From Chlamydiota bacterium (GTDB lineage: Bacteria; Chlamydiota; Chlamydiia; Chlamydiales; SM23-39): a stretch of 15,479 nucleotides of DNA. Below are positions 1-8,442 of the stretch, in pieces (within the stretch, counting starts at the first letter, position 1; every line of letters starts with the position of its first letter). The notes below the pieces were generated by a model. The model had not been told where the DNA came from. It was given only the letters and a program-made list of their open reading frames with translations, and did no database searches. The position numbers and the translations under genes are program-made. Location: assembly GCA_050049995.1 (NCBI GenBank), contig JASFVE010000044.1, positions 1-15,479 of the forward strand, given 5' to 3'.

Positions 1-762
1 TTTTACCACAACAATCCCAATTGGAGCACGTGCAAAATCAGTAGTCCCTGTTGCTCCTTTATGAAAAATCACTTTATTTTTAAACTGCTTTTGCCAGCTT
101 GGAAAGGAAATATTAGCCCCTAATCCTGCTGTTTCAGTTTGTTCATACCAAGTAGTTCCAATAACTGTATCTCCATTGCTTTCTATAGCAAGATAGCCAT
201 AAATGGCATCCCAAAGTCCCATTCCATTAATAGGGATAACGTAACCGATAGGGGTTGTGCTACCAGAAATATTTTGAGGAGAGTTATTAGGTAAAATAGC
301 ATAGACAAGTTTAAGGGGAAGGTCAGCAAAACCATCTTTTTTGTTTTCTTCTAAGTATTTGGTTAAATCAATTCCTTTTTCTTGAAAAGTATAAGTACTT
401 CCCTCGTTATCAGTTAAAAATGGTTGAATGCGAATTTGATATACTTTTAGGATTTCATTACTTTTTGCTTTTACAATAGAAGGGGAGGGGATAAGTATCT
501 GTTCTTTTTCTGAAAAAATGGCCGGTACATACTTGTTATCTTCTTGAACAAGAAAGTAGCCATCTGGACTTAATAAACTAGCTGAAATCATAAGCTGCTT
601 GCTTCGGTCAAGCTCCTTGGCTTCATCTTGTTTAGGCTTTAGAACACTTGCTAATATAGCTAATATAAGAGCGCAACTTGAGCAAATAACAATAATAAAA
701 ATCATTGTTCTGCTGTTATGAGATTTTTCTACTTTGGGTGGTTTTTGTTCAGAGGAGGACAC
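1..762 (-). CDS. nqrC: Na+-translocating NADH:quinone reductase subunit C (3' end runs off the window)
   Basis: Not in the ORF track; translated by hand. GTG at 762-760 with AGGAGG 7 nt upstream gives MSSSEQKPPKVEKSHNSRTMIFIIVICSSCALILAILASVLKPKQDEAKELDRSKQL...GYVIPINGMGLWDAIYGYLAIESNGDTVIGTTWYEQTETAGLGANI..., open to position 1. It has a single N-terminal TM helix, the GxGLW motif and ETAGLG (canonical ETPGLG) of NqrC, and lies directly after nqrB with a 14-nt overlap. Confidence 0.95.
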   Translation of the reverse strand, partial: MSSSEQKPPKVEKSHNSRTMIFIIVICSSCALILAILASVLKPKQDEAKELDRSKQLMISASLLSPDGYFLVQEDNKYVPAIFSEKEQILIPSPSIVKAKSNEILKVYQIRIQPFLTDNEGSTYTFQEKGIDLTKYLEENKKDGFADLPLKLVYAILPNNSPQNISGSTTPIGYVIPINGMGLWDAIYGYLAIESNGDTVIGTTWYEQTETAGLGANISFPSWQKQFKNKVIFHKGATGTTDFARAPIGIVVVK

Positions 763-2275
763 GCTTTTTCCTCCTATAAATACGAACATTATAGAAATCA
801 AATAAAGGCGCAAATACATTTGCAAATAAAATAGCCAACATAACACCTTCTGGGTAAGCTGGATTAATTGTTCTAATAATAATGATAAGTGCACCTATCA
901 AAATGCCATACATCCACTGTGAAGATCGCATAGAAGGTGAGGATACGGGGTCTGTTGCCATAAAGACTATCCCAAAGGCTATGCTACCAATTAGAAAATG
1001 TTTATAAAAAGGGAAGTCAAAAACAGCTCTATTCCAAGCTCCAGAGTCGACCCCAAAAGTAGTAGATGCAAAACTAGCAAGTAAGGAAGTAGCTAACACT
1101 CCTATAATAAACCCAAACATAGTTCGGAAAGAACCTACCTTTGTAATTAAGAGAAGAAGCATGCCTATGATACAAAAGAAAATGGAAACTTCTCCAAATG
1201 ATCCTAGTTTATTTCCCCAAAATAAATTGCCATCACTAAATAAGTTTAGCCCATACTTAAGTTGAATGAATTTTTCAGCAAGTGGGAAATTATCAACAGC
1301 AAGTCCAAGTCCTCCTTGTTCGAAAGGAGCAGTAACAAATTCTCTTAATTGATCAAGAGTAAGGTCCGAAAGATTGCGAACAGCATCGCTTATACCAGAT
1401 GACCATTTTTGAAAATAACTGTTAATGTAGGGAAAAATTTCTGTCTTTATCCCTAGGTGGTGATTGGCAATAGTATCAATATGAATTCTTTTAACTTCTC
1501 CTGGGAGATTAAAAATTGCTAAGCTTGTTTCTTGAGAGATGGCATCAGCGCCGCTTAAATTAGCTTGATTGTTCATTTGTATAATACTTTGGGATACAGT
1601 GTAGTTATCTCTGCCGGCCCAAACCTCACCAGTCATATAAGCGGGAAATCCAAAATATAAAAATGTTCGGCAAGTTAGAGCGGGGTTTAAAATGTTCATA
1701 CCCGTTCCTCCAAAAACTTCTTTGCCGATTACTATCCCAAGAGATACTCCCACAGCAACCATCCAGTAAGGCAAGCTTGGAGGTAAAATTAAAGGATATA
1801 AAAGTCCACTAACTAAAAAACCTTCAGAAATTTCGTGCCCTTTTACTGTAGCAAAAATAAATTCCCATAGTCCTCCGACAGCATAAGAAATAAGTAAAAC
1901 TGGAAGAAAAGAGAGAAGCCCTTCTGTTATAATCGAAACTATTCTTCCATTTTCTGAGATAAAAGAGAAATAACCGGAAAAAGAAGAGGAAGCTTCTATG
2001 AATTCTTTCATCAACAAATAGTTGCCACTACTATATACATAGGCCTGGACTCCACTATTCCAAATAGCCATGATAGTGCAGGGGATAAGAGCAAAGACAA
2101 CTATAATCATCCATCTCTTTAAATCGACGGCATCTCTGATGAAAGGAGGGTGTTTAGTATTTATCTTGGGTTCAAAACAAAAAGTATCAATTGCACGAAC
2201 AAGAGGCGCAAACTTTTTCAGTTTTGGTTTTTTTTCTACCCACTCAACTTGTTTTTCTAGAATTTTTTTTAGCAT
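749..2275 (-). CDS. nqrB: Na+-translocating NADH:quinone reductase subunit B (chlamydial long form, about 508 aa)
   Basis: NqrB motifs RDAVDLKRWM, VGGLWE, EGFLV..LPP, KEVFGGTGMNILNPAL, FMATDPVS and NPAYPEGVMLAILFANVFAPLFD; followed by nqrC. Start moved from the ORF-track 2290 to ATG at 2275 (MLKK...), which has a GAGGT Shine-Dalgarno 8 nt upstream. Confidence 0.96.
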   Translation of the reverse strand: MLKKILEKQVEWVEKKPKLKKFAPLVRAIDTFCFEPKINTKHPPFIRDAVDLKRWMIIVVFALIPCTIMAIWNSGVQAYVYSSGNYLLMKEFIEASSSFSGYFSFISENGRIVSIITEGLLSFLPVLLISYAVGGLWEFIFATVKGHEISEGFLVSGLLYPLILPPSLPYWMVAVGVSLGIVIGKEVFGGTGMNILNPALTCRTFLYFGFPAYMTGEVWAGRDNYTVSQSIIQMNNQANLSGADAISQETSLAIFNLPGEVKRIHIDTIANHHLGIKTEIFPYINSYFQKWSSGISDAVRNLSDLTLDQLREFVTAPFEQGGLGLAVDNFPLAEKFIQLKYGLNLFSDGNLFWGNKLGSFGEVSIFFCIIGMLLLLITKVGSFRTMFGFIIGVLATSLLASFASTTFGVDSGAWNRAVFDFPFYKHFLIGSIAFGIVFMATDPVSSPSMRSSQWMYGILIGALIIIIRTINPAYPEGVMLAILFANVFAPLFDFYNVRIYRRKKRVLL

Positions 2276-2295
2276 GGTATTAGACCTCAAATTAA

Positions 2296-2324
2296 AACCT
2301 ACTTAATAAAAATAATTTTTTCAA
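2296..2324 (-). promoter_or_regulatory. Putative sigma66/sigma70-type promoter for nqrBC (TTGAAA-N17-TAGGTT)
   Basis: Minus-strand hexamers at 2324-2319 and 2301-2296 with 17-nt spacing, ending about 20 nt before the nqrB ATG. The AT-rich context makes chance matches likely. Confidence 0.35.
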
Positions 2325-2378
2325 GATTCTTTACTTCGATCTTTAAACCAATTTGATTATGCTAGTAAGTCAGGTATC

Positions 2379-5300
2379 GTGTTTTGTATGGTTAAAAAAG
2401 GGATTTTTTTTGTTATTTTTTTGAGTTTGCTTGTTTTTAAGAGCGAAATTTATCATTTTAGCTTTCAAAAGGTACTAAGATATTTTGTTCGATCAAGTCT
2501 TAATGCTTCGCTAACTTATGAATCTTGCCACAAAACATTAGATGGCTGGGTTTTAAAAAATGCTCAAATCACAAGAAAAGACAATTATACATTTTCTACT
2601 GAGAGTTTGAGTGTTTCTTATAAAGCAAACCTTAAAGCATTAGATTTCTTTGTTCATGTAGATGCTGTAGATTCAAAAGTTGAACTGCTAAAAATTCCTT
2701 CTTTTACAAAAGCCAAGTCAAATAGAGTTCATGTCTCTTTTTCCTGCAAAAATACGGAAGTGTTTTTGGATAAAGACAAGGTAATGGTTGATTGTTTTAC
2801 CGAGCCTTTTTCCAGTAATAAGAAAGTTATTGTAAGGCAATTCCACAACAAGGAAGATGCCTTGTTAACTGTGAATATTACTGCTCAAAAAGAAAATAAG
2901 CTTGCTGAGGTAAATTTTCAGCACTTTGACCTTACATTCTTTCAACATTTTAAAGATTTCTTCTATTCTGATTTGCAAGGATCTGCTAATGGATTTGCCG
3001 TGCTACGATATAATGAAACCATTAACTATCTTTTTTATAATCTTTGTATTGAGGATTTTGTATCAAAAGGATTATCGGCAGATATTTGCCTTTCAGCAAA
3101 AAAACTTTTTCTTGAAGGGGAATATCCTACTTTTCAAGGAAAGCTTAACAAGTGGGTTCCTTCCCTTTTTATTCAAAAACTGAGGGTAGACTCTAAAATT
3201 GAAGAAGGGAAAATTCATGTAAAAGGCGAAAATGTTTTATCCGACTTATCGGGAAAATTTTCTTTTAATCCTGGTATTGGACCTAAATGGGATTTCGAAG
3301 GAATAGGGAAAAATAAAAAAGATGATTTCCATTTTTCTACTTCAGGAAAAGGCTTTTTTCACAGTTTCTTTGCAAATTGGCTAAAAGGCACTGTTAATTT
3401 TAACAACGCTGCTGGCCTTACTTTCAATTTGGAAGAAAAAAACTCTTTTTTATCCTTAGAAACTAAACTACATGAATTGGATTCTAATCACTTTGGCTGT
3501 CTACAAAAGCTTTTTGAGGTTTTTATAAGAGGCTTACCAAACGTTAAAGTAGATAAGGGGGTTTTTTCAGGTAACATTATAGCTCACTATTTTGAAAAGG
3601 GGTCTATTGAGTTTGCCTTTAGTGATTTCTTAGCTAAAGATTTAATAGCTTCAGTTGAATATAACAAGATAACTGCAAGTGAAGTACTTTTAAATGGCTC
3701 ATACAGTTTGAAATCTCTGACTTCAATAAATGGGCAAATTGATATCGATCAGGGCTCTTTTTATGCCCTTACTCCGAATATACAGATAGACAATATCCAA
3801 GGAGCGTTAAAATTTTCTTCGGGAATAGTTCAGCCTTCTAAAGTAGACTTTAGCATTTATAATATCATAGGATCATGTACTGTTCATGGAGCTGTTGAAG
3901 ATCCTACTATTGAAGCAAAACTTAAAGGAAAATGGGGCGATTTAGATCCTTTTATTGATGACACTTTAAAAGTAATCTCAGGGTATAGTTCCTTGCACTT
4001 TTACTCGGAACTTGCCGTTAAAAGAAGTGAAATTTCTGGTACCTTACAGTTTTTTGATGAAGAATCAGTACAAGATTCTTTCAGCTTCGAGCTAAATTTA
4101 TTGGATAGTTTGAACAAGGAAAAAAAGTTTGTTAAAAAAATTCAGCATGGGTGGATAAAAGGTGCTAATATAGCCTTAGAAAGATTTACCTATGATCCTG
4201 AAATAAGTTTTCAGGGAAAGGCTAATTTTTTAGCAAGGCTGGATTCAAAAAAAGTAACAGCTGTTATCAATGCCAAAGACTTAATTGGCGATGCAAATTC
4301 ATGGTACTTTACTTTAAAAAATATTGGTTATTCTACTAATAATGAGCTAAATACAAGCTGTTGCATTAACTTAGATTATTTTTTAGAGGAAAAAAAATTA
4401 AATTGTAGTTTTCCTATTGATAAGGGAGCGGTAACCGTCAAGAAATATCAAGTCTCTTTCGAAGAGATAATGGGATGTTTTTCACTGTCTGACGACAATA
4501 TTACTCTACAGGTAGACAACACCCAATCAGAAAAAATTGATTTTGAAGGAGTTTTTTCCTTTCACTTAAAAGAAAAAGCATTGCAGATCCTAACTAATAA
4601 AATAAAAGGAGAGATAGAAGATTTAGAAATTTTTCTTCGACATTTTTCTATTAATCCTCTTGCTAATATCCCAGTTAAAGGATCATTCGAAAGTTCAAAA
4701 AATGGACTTTATTTATCAACAGTTTTACATGACGATACAGTTCCACTTAACTGGAAGGCTAAAATAGCTTTGAAAGATGTTAGTTATTCAATGTCGTCAC
4801 AGGCAAACCTTCAGAAGTTAAAAGGAGTTTTTTCTTATAACTCATTTACTAAACAAGGGGGAATTAGCGATGTAACAGCTCGTATGTTTTTACACTCTTT
4901 AGACTCCCAAGAGGTATTTGATCTCTATGTTCCATATATTTTACTACAAGAAAATATAACTTTTGATGCAAGGCTTTCTAATTCACTTTGGGATGTTGTT
5001 CGTCTTAAAGGAGATGTTATAGCTGAAGAAAATGAGTTTAGTGTGTTGCTGGATAATGAAAAAACACACTTTTTTGGGACTAAACTACATGTGAATGAAC
5101 TCAATTTTAAAAATTACAAATTGCAACGGTTAAAGATGTCTCCTGAGGTTGACATAGCGATGTTACCCGAGCAAATAAAAGTAATAAATCAAATTTTTAC
5201 ACCAGCAATTCTACCTACTGCAATCAATGAAATCCTTCCTGAAAAATTATCAGGAGTAATTGCTTGTAATGTAGCATTTGCTTCCAATGAAAAATCCTTT

Positions 5301-7223
5301 ATTTCCTTAAATGGAAAAAACCTTCAAATAGGTCAAAATTCCTTTAATGAATTATCGTTAAAAGCAAACGGAGAAGGCAACTTTTGGAAAATTGTCAATG
5401 TTGCCTTAGATAACTATAGCGGTTCATGTGAGATACAAAAGGGGCAGGATCAATGGATTGTCTCTAATTGTTTATTGCAGCTGCCTTCTTTTGGAAAAAT
5501 TGATATGAACTTCTATTTAAATGATAATTTTCAAGTTAATGGAGAGCTTACTAACCTGCAAATCAATGCCAGTCTTTTTCAGAGCCTTATTAAAAAAGAT
5601 ATAGATATCAAAGGGGACATTCAGGGTGTGGGCCGTTTTTCAATTGACCTTCCCTATGACAATAGAAAGTTACAAATAGAGACGGATATTGACCTACAAA
5701 CAAGTGAACTAATTATTGATGATTTTGCTTTAAAAAATACAGGTTCCATGAAAATGTATTTTTCCTTGAGTGATGGCTTAGTAGTTAGAGGATTAAATAT
5801 TCATGTGTTTCATCCTAAAGAAAAGTTTACTTGGCTAAACTGCAAAATAGGTAGGCTTTACCATAAAGCAAAAGAAGAAAAATGGTCTTATGAAGATTTG
5901 CAAGTATATTTACCCAAAAAGGGTATATCTCATTTAATAAAAGAAAATAAGTGGGGCCTTACCTTACAAGGAGTAAGTAAGTTTTTTGATAAAAATGATG
6001 ATTTAGACTTTTCTACTAAGGGAGAATTTGATACTCAGACACAAACTCTCCACATGCAAATCAGTGAATATCAAATTCCTTCAGAGGATGTGCCTCATAT
6101 ATTTAGAGACATTGATCTATTCCTTTGTCCAGAAAACATTTCTGGGAGAGCTAGTTATCGACATCAGAATAGGTATCTGCCGTTTCATTTTCAGTTAGAT
6201 TTTTCGGATAAAATAGAAGGAAGTCTTGTTTTTGAAGAAAAAGTAGATACCCCTCTTACGATTTTATTTAGGTTTGACCAGTCTTTAAAAATCTATTCAA
6301 TTAATGGGTGTTTTGAAGGATTGGATGCCTGTTTCCACCAGGAGTCAGATGAAGAAGGCGCCCCATTTATAGGAAGTTTAAAGCTTGATTTAAGTAAGGC
6401 AAAGTTACTTTTCCCTGATCTAGTTAGTGAATTTTTTACTGAGTTAGATATGGGAAAAGGTTACGAATTGAGAGGGAAGCTTTTTCTAAAGCCGTTTCAC
6501 TTTGAAGGTACTTTAAGTGGAAAAGACTGTGAGCTTGCTGGCTGTATTTTTAAAACAATGCTTTCTTCTATAGATATTTCTTCTGATGCTGTGAAAGTTG
6601 ATGACTTTAAGATTAGTGACAGATCTGGCATTTACAAAATCGATAAAATAAATATAGAAAAATCTAAAGAAGGAAAATGGCTTTTTTCTATTCCATTAAT
6701 ATCCTTTAAAGAATTAAGGCCTAGCTTGCTTCAGAAAAAAGGCTCTCCTTTAGGAGAAATAAAACCATTGGTAGTACGAGAGCTTAATATTACTGATTTA
6801 CATGGAGATTTAGAAGATAAATCAACCTTTGAAGGAAAGGGTGCTCTTTCCTTCATTAACTCTTTTAAAAGAGAGCATACAGTTTTTGATATTCCTGCAG
6901 ATTTCCTCGGTAGAATTTTTGGATTGGATATGGAGCTGTTAATACCAGTAAGAGGAGCAATTGACTTTTCTATCCATGATGGAAAGTTTTATGTGGAAGA
7001 GCTTAAAGATTCTTTTAGTGAAGGAAAAAGGTCTAAGTTTTTCTTAGTTAATAAAAAAGATAGTCATACTGTAGATTTTAATGGAAATCTTAATGTCCAT
7101 ATTCAAATGAAGCATTTTGTATTATTTAAGTTTACTGAGCCCTTTATTTTGTGTATTGAAGGAAATTTGGGTAAGCCAGCCGTCAGCTTGAAAACTAAAA
7201 AAAGTTTTTTTTCTAAGAAATGA
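2379..7223 (+). CDS. Large hypothetical envelope protein (1614 aa), N-terminal membrane anchor, beta-strand-rich; AsmA/TamB/YhdP-like bridge protein by inference
   Basis: Uninterrupted 4.8-kb ORF. KKGIFFVIFLSLLVFK is a basic-then-hydrophobic anchor. The rest is dominated by alternating hydrophobic/polar strands with Gly turns (e.g. LSGKFSF, INGQIDI, FEGVFSF, VNGELTNL, IEGNLGKP at the C-terminus). Alternative start ATG at 2388. The CDS is solid; the function is inferred. Confidence 0.85.
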   Translation: MFCMVKKGIFFVIFLSLLVFKSEIYHFSFQKVLRYFVRSSLNASLTYESCHKTLDGWVLKNAQITRKDNYTFSTESLSVSYKANLKALDFFVHVDAVDSKVELLKIPSFTKAKSNRVHVSFSCKNTEVFLDKDKVMVDCFTEPFSSNKKVIVRQFHNKEDALLTVNITAQKENKLAEVNFQHFDLTFFQHFKDFFYSDLQGSANGFAVLRYNETINYLFYNLCIEDFVSKGLSADICLSAKKLFLEGEYPTFQGKLNKWVPSLFIQKLRVDSKIEEGKIHVKGENVLSDLSGKFSFNPGIGPKWDFEGIGKNKKDDFHFSTSGKGFFHSFFANWLKGTVNFNNAAGLTFNLEEKNSFLSLETKLHELDSNHFGCLQKLFEVFIRGLPNVKVDKGVFSGNIIAHYFEKGSIEFAFSDFLAKDLIASVEYNKITASEVLLNGSYSLKSLTSINGQIDIDQGSFYALTPNIQIDNIQGALKFSSGIVQPSKVDFSIYNIIGSCTVHGAVEDPTIEAKLKGKWGDLDPFIDDTLKVISGYSSLHFYSELAVKRSEISGTLQFFDEESVQDSFSFELNLLDSLNKEKKFVKKIQHGWIKGANIALERFTYDPEISFQGKANFLARLDSKKVTAVINAKDLIGDANSWYFTLKNIGYSTNNELNTSCCINLDYFLEEKKLNCSFPIDKGAVTVKKYQVSFEEIMGCFSLSDDNITLQVDNTQSEKIDFEGVFSFHLKEKALQILTNKIKGEIEDLEIFLRHFSINPLANIPVKGSFESSKNGLYLSTVLHDDTVPLNWKAKIALKDVSYSMSSQANLQKLKGVFSYNSFTKQGGISDVTARMFLHSLDSQEVFDLYVPYILLQENITFDARLSNSLWDVVRLKGDVIAEENEFSVLLDNEKTHFFGTKLHVNELNFKNYKLQRLKMSPEVDIAMLPEQIKVINQIFTPAILPTAINEILPEKLSGVIACNVAFASNEKSFISLNGKNLQIGQNSFNELSLKANGEGNFWKIVNVALDNYSGSCEIQKGQDQWIVSNCLLQLPSFGKIDMNFYLNDNFQVNGELTNLQINASLFQSLIKKDIDIKGDIQGVGRFSIDLPYDNRKLQIETDIDLQTSELIIDDFALKNTGSMKMYFSLSDGLVVRGLNIHVFHPKEKFTWLNCKIGRLYHKAKEEKWSYEDLQVYLPKKGISHLIKENKWGLTLQGVSKFFDKNDDLDFSTKGEFDTQTQTLHMQISEYQIPSEDVPHIFRDIDLFLCPENISGRASYRHQNRYLPFHFQLDFSDKIEGSLVFEEKVDTPLTILFRFDQSLKIYSINGCFEGLDACFHQESDEEGAPFIGSLKLDLSKAKLLFPDLVSEFFTELDMGKGYELRGKLFLKPFHFEGTLSGKDCELAGCIFKTMLSSIDISSDAVKVDDFKISDRSGIYKIDKINIEKSKEGKWLFSIPLISFKELRPSLLQKKGSPLGEIKPLVVRELNITDLHGDLEDKSTFEGKGALSFINSFKREHTVFDIPADFLGRIFGLDMELLIPVRGAIDFSIHDGKFYVEELKDSFSEGKRSKFFLVNKKDSHTVDFNGNLNVHIQMKHFVLFKFTEPFILCIEGNLGKPAVSLKTKKSFFSKK

Positions 7224-7642
7224 GTTTTATTTTAGACTTCATTTTTCCCACTTTTTGCCTTCATTGTGATGAAAGAGTTCAAAAATCTGTTATTTGTCCC
7301 CATTGCGCTCAATTTTTAAAGATTACTTCAGATGAATGCTTCTTTATTCGTCTTTTTGAAGAAAATCCAGTAACCAAGTTATTTGTTAATTATGTTAAGC
7401 ATCATCAATTCCCGGAAGATATTAAAACTTTAAGTGCATTTATTATTTTAAAAATAGATCAGCTAAACTGGAACATGCCTAGCAAAATAAAAGGGAATAC
7501 TCCTTTCACTCAAAAAATTGCTAAAAAAGCGCAAAGCTTTATCGGCCGAAGTAAAAAAAATATTATCACAGCAAGTACTATCCTTCTAGCTGAGGAAAAA
7601 GAACTTTTTCAAGATAATTCCTCTAAAGTCATAATTATTTAA
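7220..7642 (+). CDS. ComF-like protein with N-terminal double zinc ribbon, shortened and degenerate C-terminal domain (140 aa)
   Basis: The N-terminus MSFILDFIFPTFCLHC...VICPHC matches the LD.lFP..C..C-x-C..C start of ComF family proteins. ATGA overlap with the upstream ORF. No recognisable PRTase DDxxTTG motif. Confidence 0.75.
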   Translation: MSFILDFIFPTFCLHCDERVQKSVICPHCAQFLKITSDECFFIRLFEENPVTKLFVNYVKHHQFPEDIKTLSAFIILKIDQLNWNMPSKIKGNTPFTQKIAKKAQSFIGRSKKNIITASTILLAEEKELFQDNSSKVIII

Positions 7643-7725
7643 TTAATAGTTTAAAAAAACATTAATTTATAATTATCAGTTAACTTATAATCTTAATTCC
7701 TAAAAAAGTAGGCTAAGCAATTCCG

Positions 7726-7790
7726 CCTTTTACATGAGCTTATTTCTATAAATGCAAGAGAGGGAATTTAATAAAATTATGGAGACGTAA
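7726..7790 (+). pseudogene. Relic 3' end of a lost fourth paralog of the downstream tandem family
   Basis: 7730-7790 reads tta cat gag ctt att tct ata [a] atg caa gag agg gaa ttt aat aaa att atg gag acg taa = LHELISI/MQEREFNKIMET*, with one extra A at about 7751. This matches the C-termini of copy 1 (LHILIPITREKEFNKIMEV*) and copy 2 ([20 protein letters not shown]). Its TAA overlaps the copy-1 ATG (TAATG), exactly as between copies 1 and 2. Confidence 0.7.
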
Positions 7791-8442
7791 TGACCACAGC
7801 AGTTCATGATAGACTAATTTCAAATTTTGATACTCAGCTAACAAATGCCAGCTCGACAACTTTAGAAGAAAGAGTTAATGCTATAGTTCCTGATGAAATT
7901 AACCGTTCAGTTACAATACATAGAGAAGCTTTCCTCGCGTATAATATTGCAGCATTTAAGAGAAATTGTTCTTTAGTGGCTGGGATTACTTCCGTAGCAA
8001 TGTATGTGCTTGGAATTGCTATTCATGATCTTGCATTAGTTCTTGTAGCTACATTTATTTGCATTAAAGCTATAGCTGTCTTTTTTAATAATAGATATCC
8101 ATATTTTGCTGAAGTTTCTGGCTATAGAGCTGCAATGGAGCGTAGATTAAATGATGCTGATAGTGGAATTCCTCGCCCCAGATATGCTGATGAATATCTA
8201 CCACATGGAAATAATAAAACTTGCTTAGGTGGTTTTTTCTGGAAATATTATGTTTTTAAGAGTGGCGAAATGCAAAAGTTGGCCTCTCCATTACATATAC
8301 TTATCCCTATAACCCGAGAAAAAGAATTTAATAAAATTATGGAGGTGTAATGACAACAGCAGTTCATGATAGACTAATTTCAAATTTTGATACTCAGCCA
8401 ATAAATGCCAACTCGACAACTTTAGAAGAAAGAGTTAATGCT
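7764..8442 (+). repeat. Direct repeat 7764-7882 / 8324-8442 (119 nt, 6 mismatches, 560-nt offset) spanning gene junction, RBS and 5' coding region
   Basis: Compared base by base. A second identical 38-nt block sits at 7940-7977 / 8500-8537 with the same offset. The core GAATTTAATAAAATTA recurs a third time at 8914-8929. Confidence 0.95.
7790..8350 (+). CDS. Hypothetical membrane protein, tandem paralog 1; bilobed hydrophobic domain (Inc-like candidate)
   Basis: 186 aa with a GGAG RBS. About 40-aa hydrophobic stretch CSLVAGITSVAMYVLGIAI-HD-LALVLVATFICIKAIAVFF with a short polar hinge. Thr/Ser-rich N-terminus and no cleavable signal peptide evident. Paralogous to the next two ORFs. Confidence 0.85.
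   Translation: MTTAVHDRLISNFDTQLTNASSTTLEERVNAIVPDEINRSVTIHREAFLAYNIAAFKRNCSLVAGITSVAMYVLGIAIHDLALVLVATFICIKAIAVFFNNRYPYFAEVSGYRAAMERRLNDADSGIPRPRYADEYLPHGNNKTCLGGFFWKYYVFKSGEMQKLASPLHILIPITREKEFNKIMEV

Noticed and set aside
749..2275. RnfD instead of NqrB
   Set aside because: The N-terminal RDAVDLKR segment, YPEGVMLAILFAN and the adjacent NqrC-type gene with the GLW motif point to Na+-NQR.
2070..2306. 78-aa plus-strand ORF
   Set aside because: Antisense shadow of the nqrB 5' end; no recognisable features.
2926..3183. 85-aa plus-strand ORF
   Set aside because: Alternative frame nested inside the 1614-aa CDS, which is uninterrupted.
7643..7732. Promoter (TATAAT at 7668 and 7686) or terminator hairpin (AGGC...GCCT-TTT) before the paralog array
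   Set aside because: Extremely AT-rich with no matching -35, and the stem is only about 4 bp; not distinguishable from chance.
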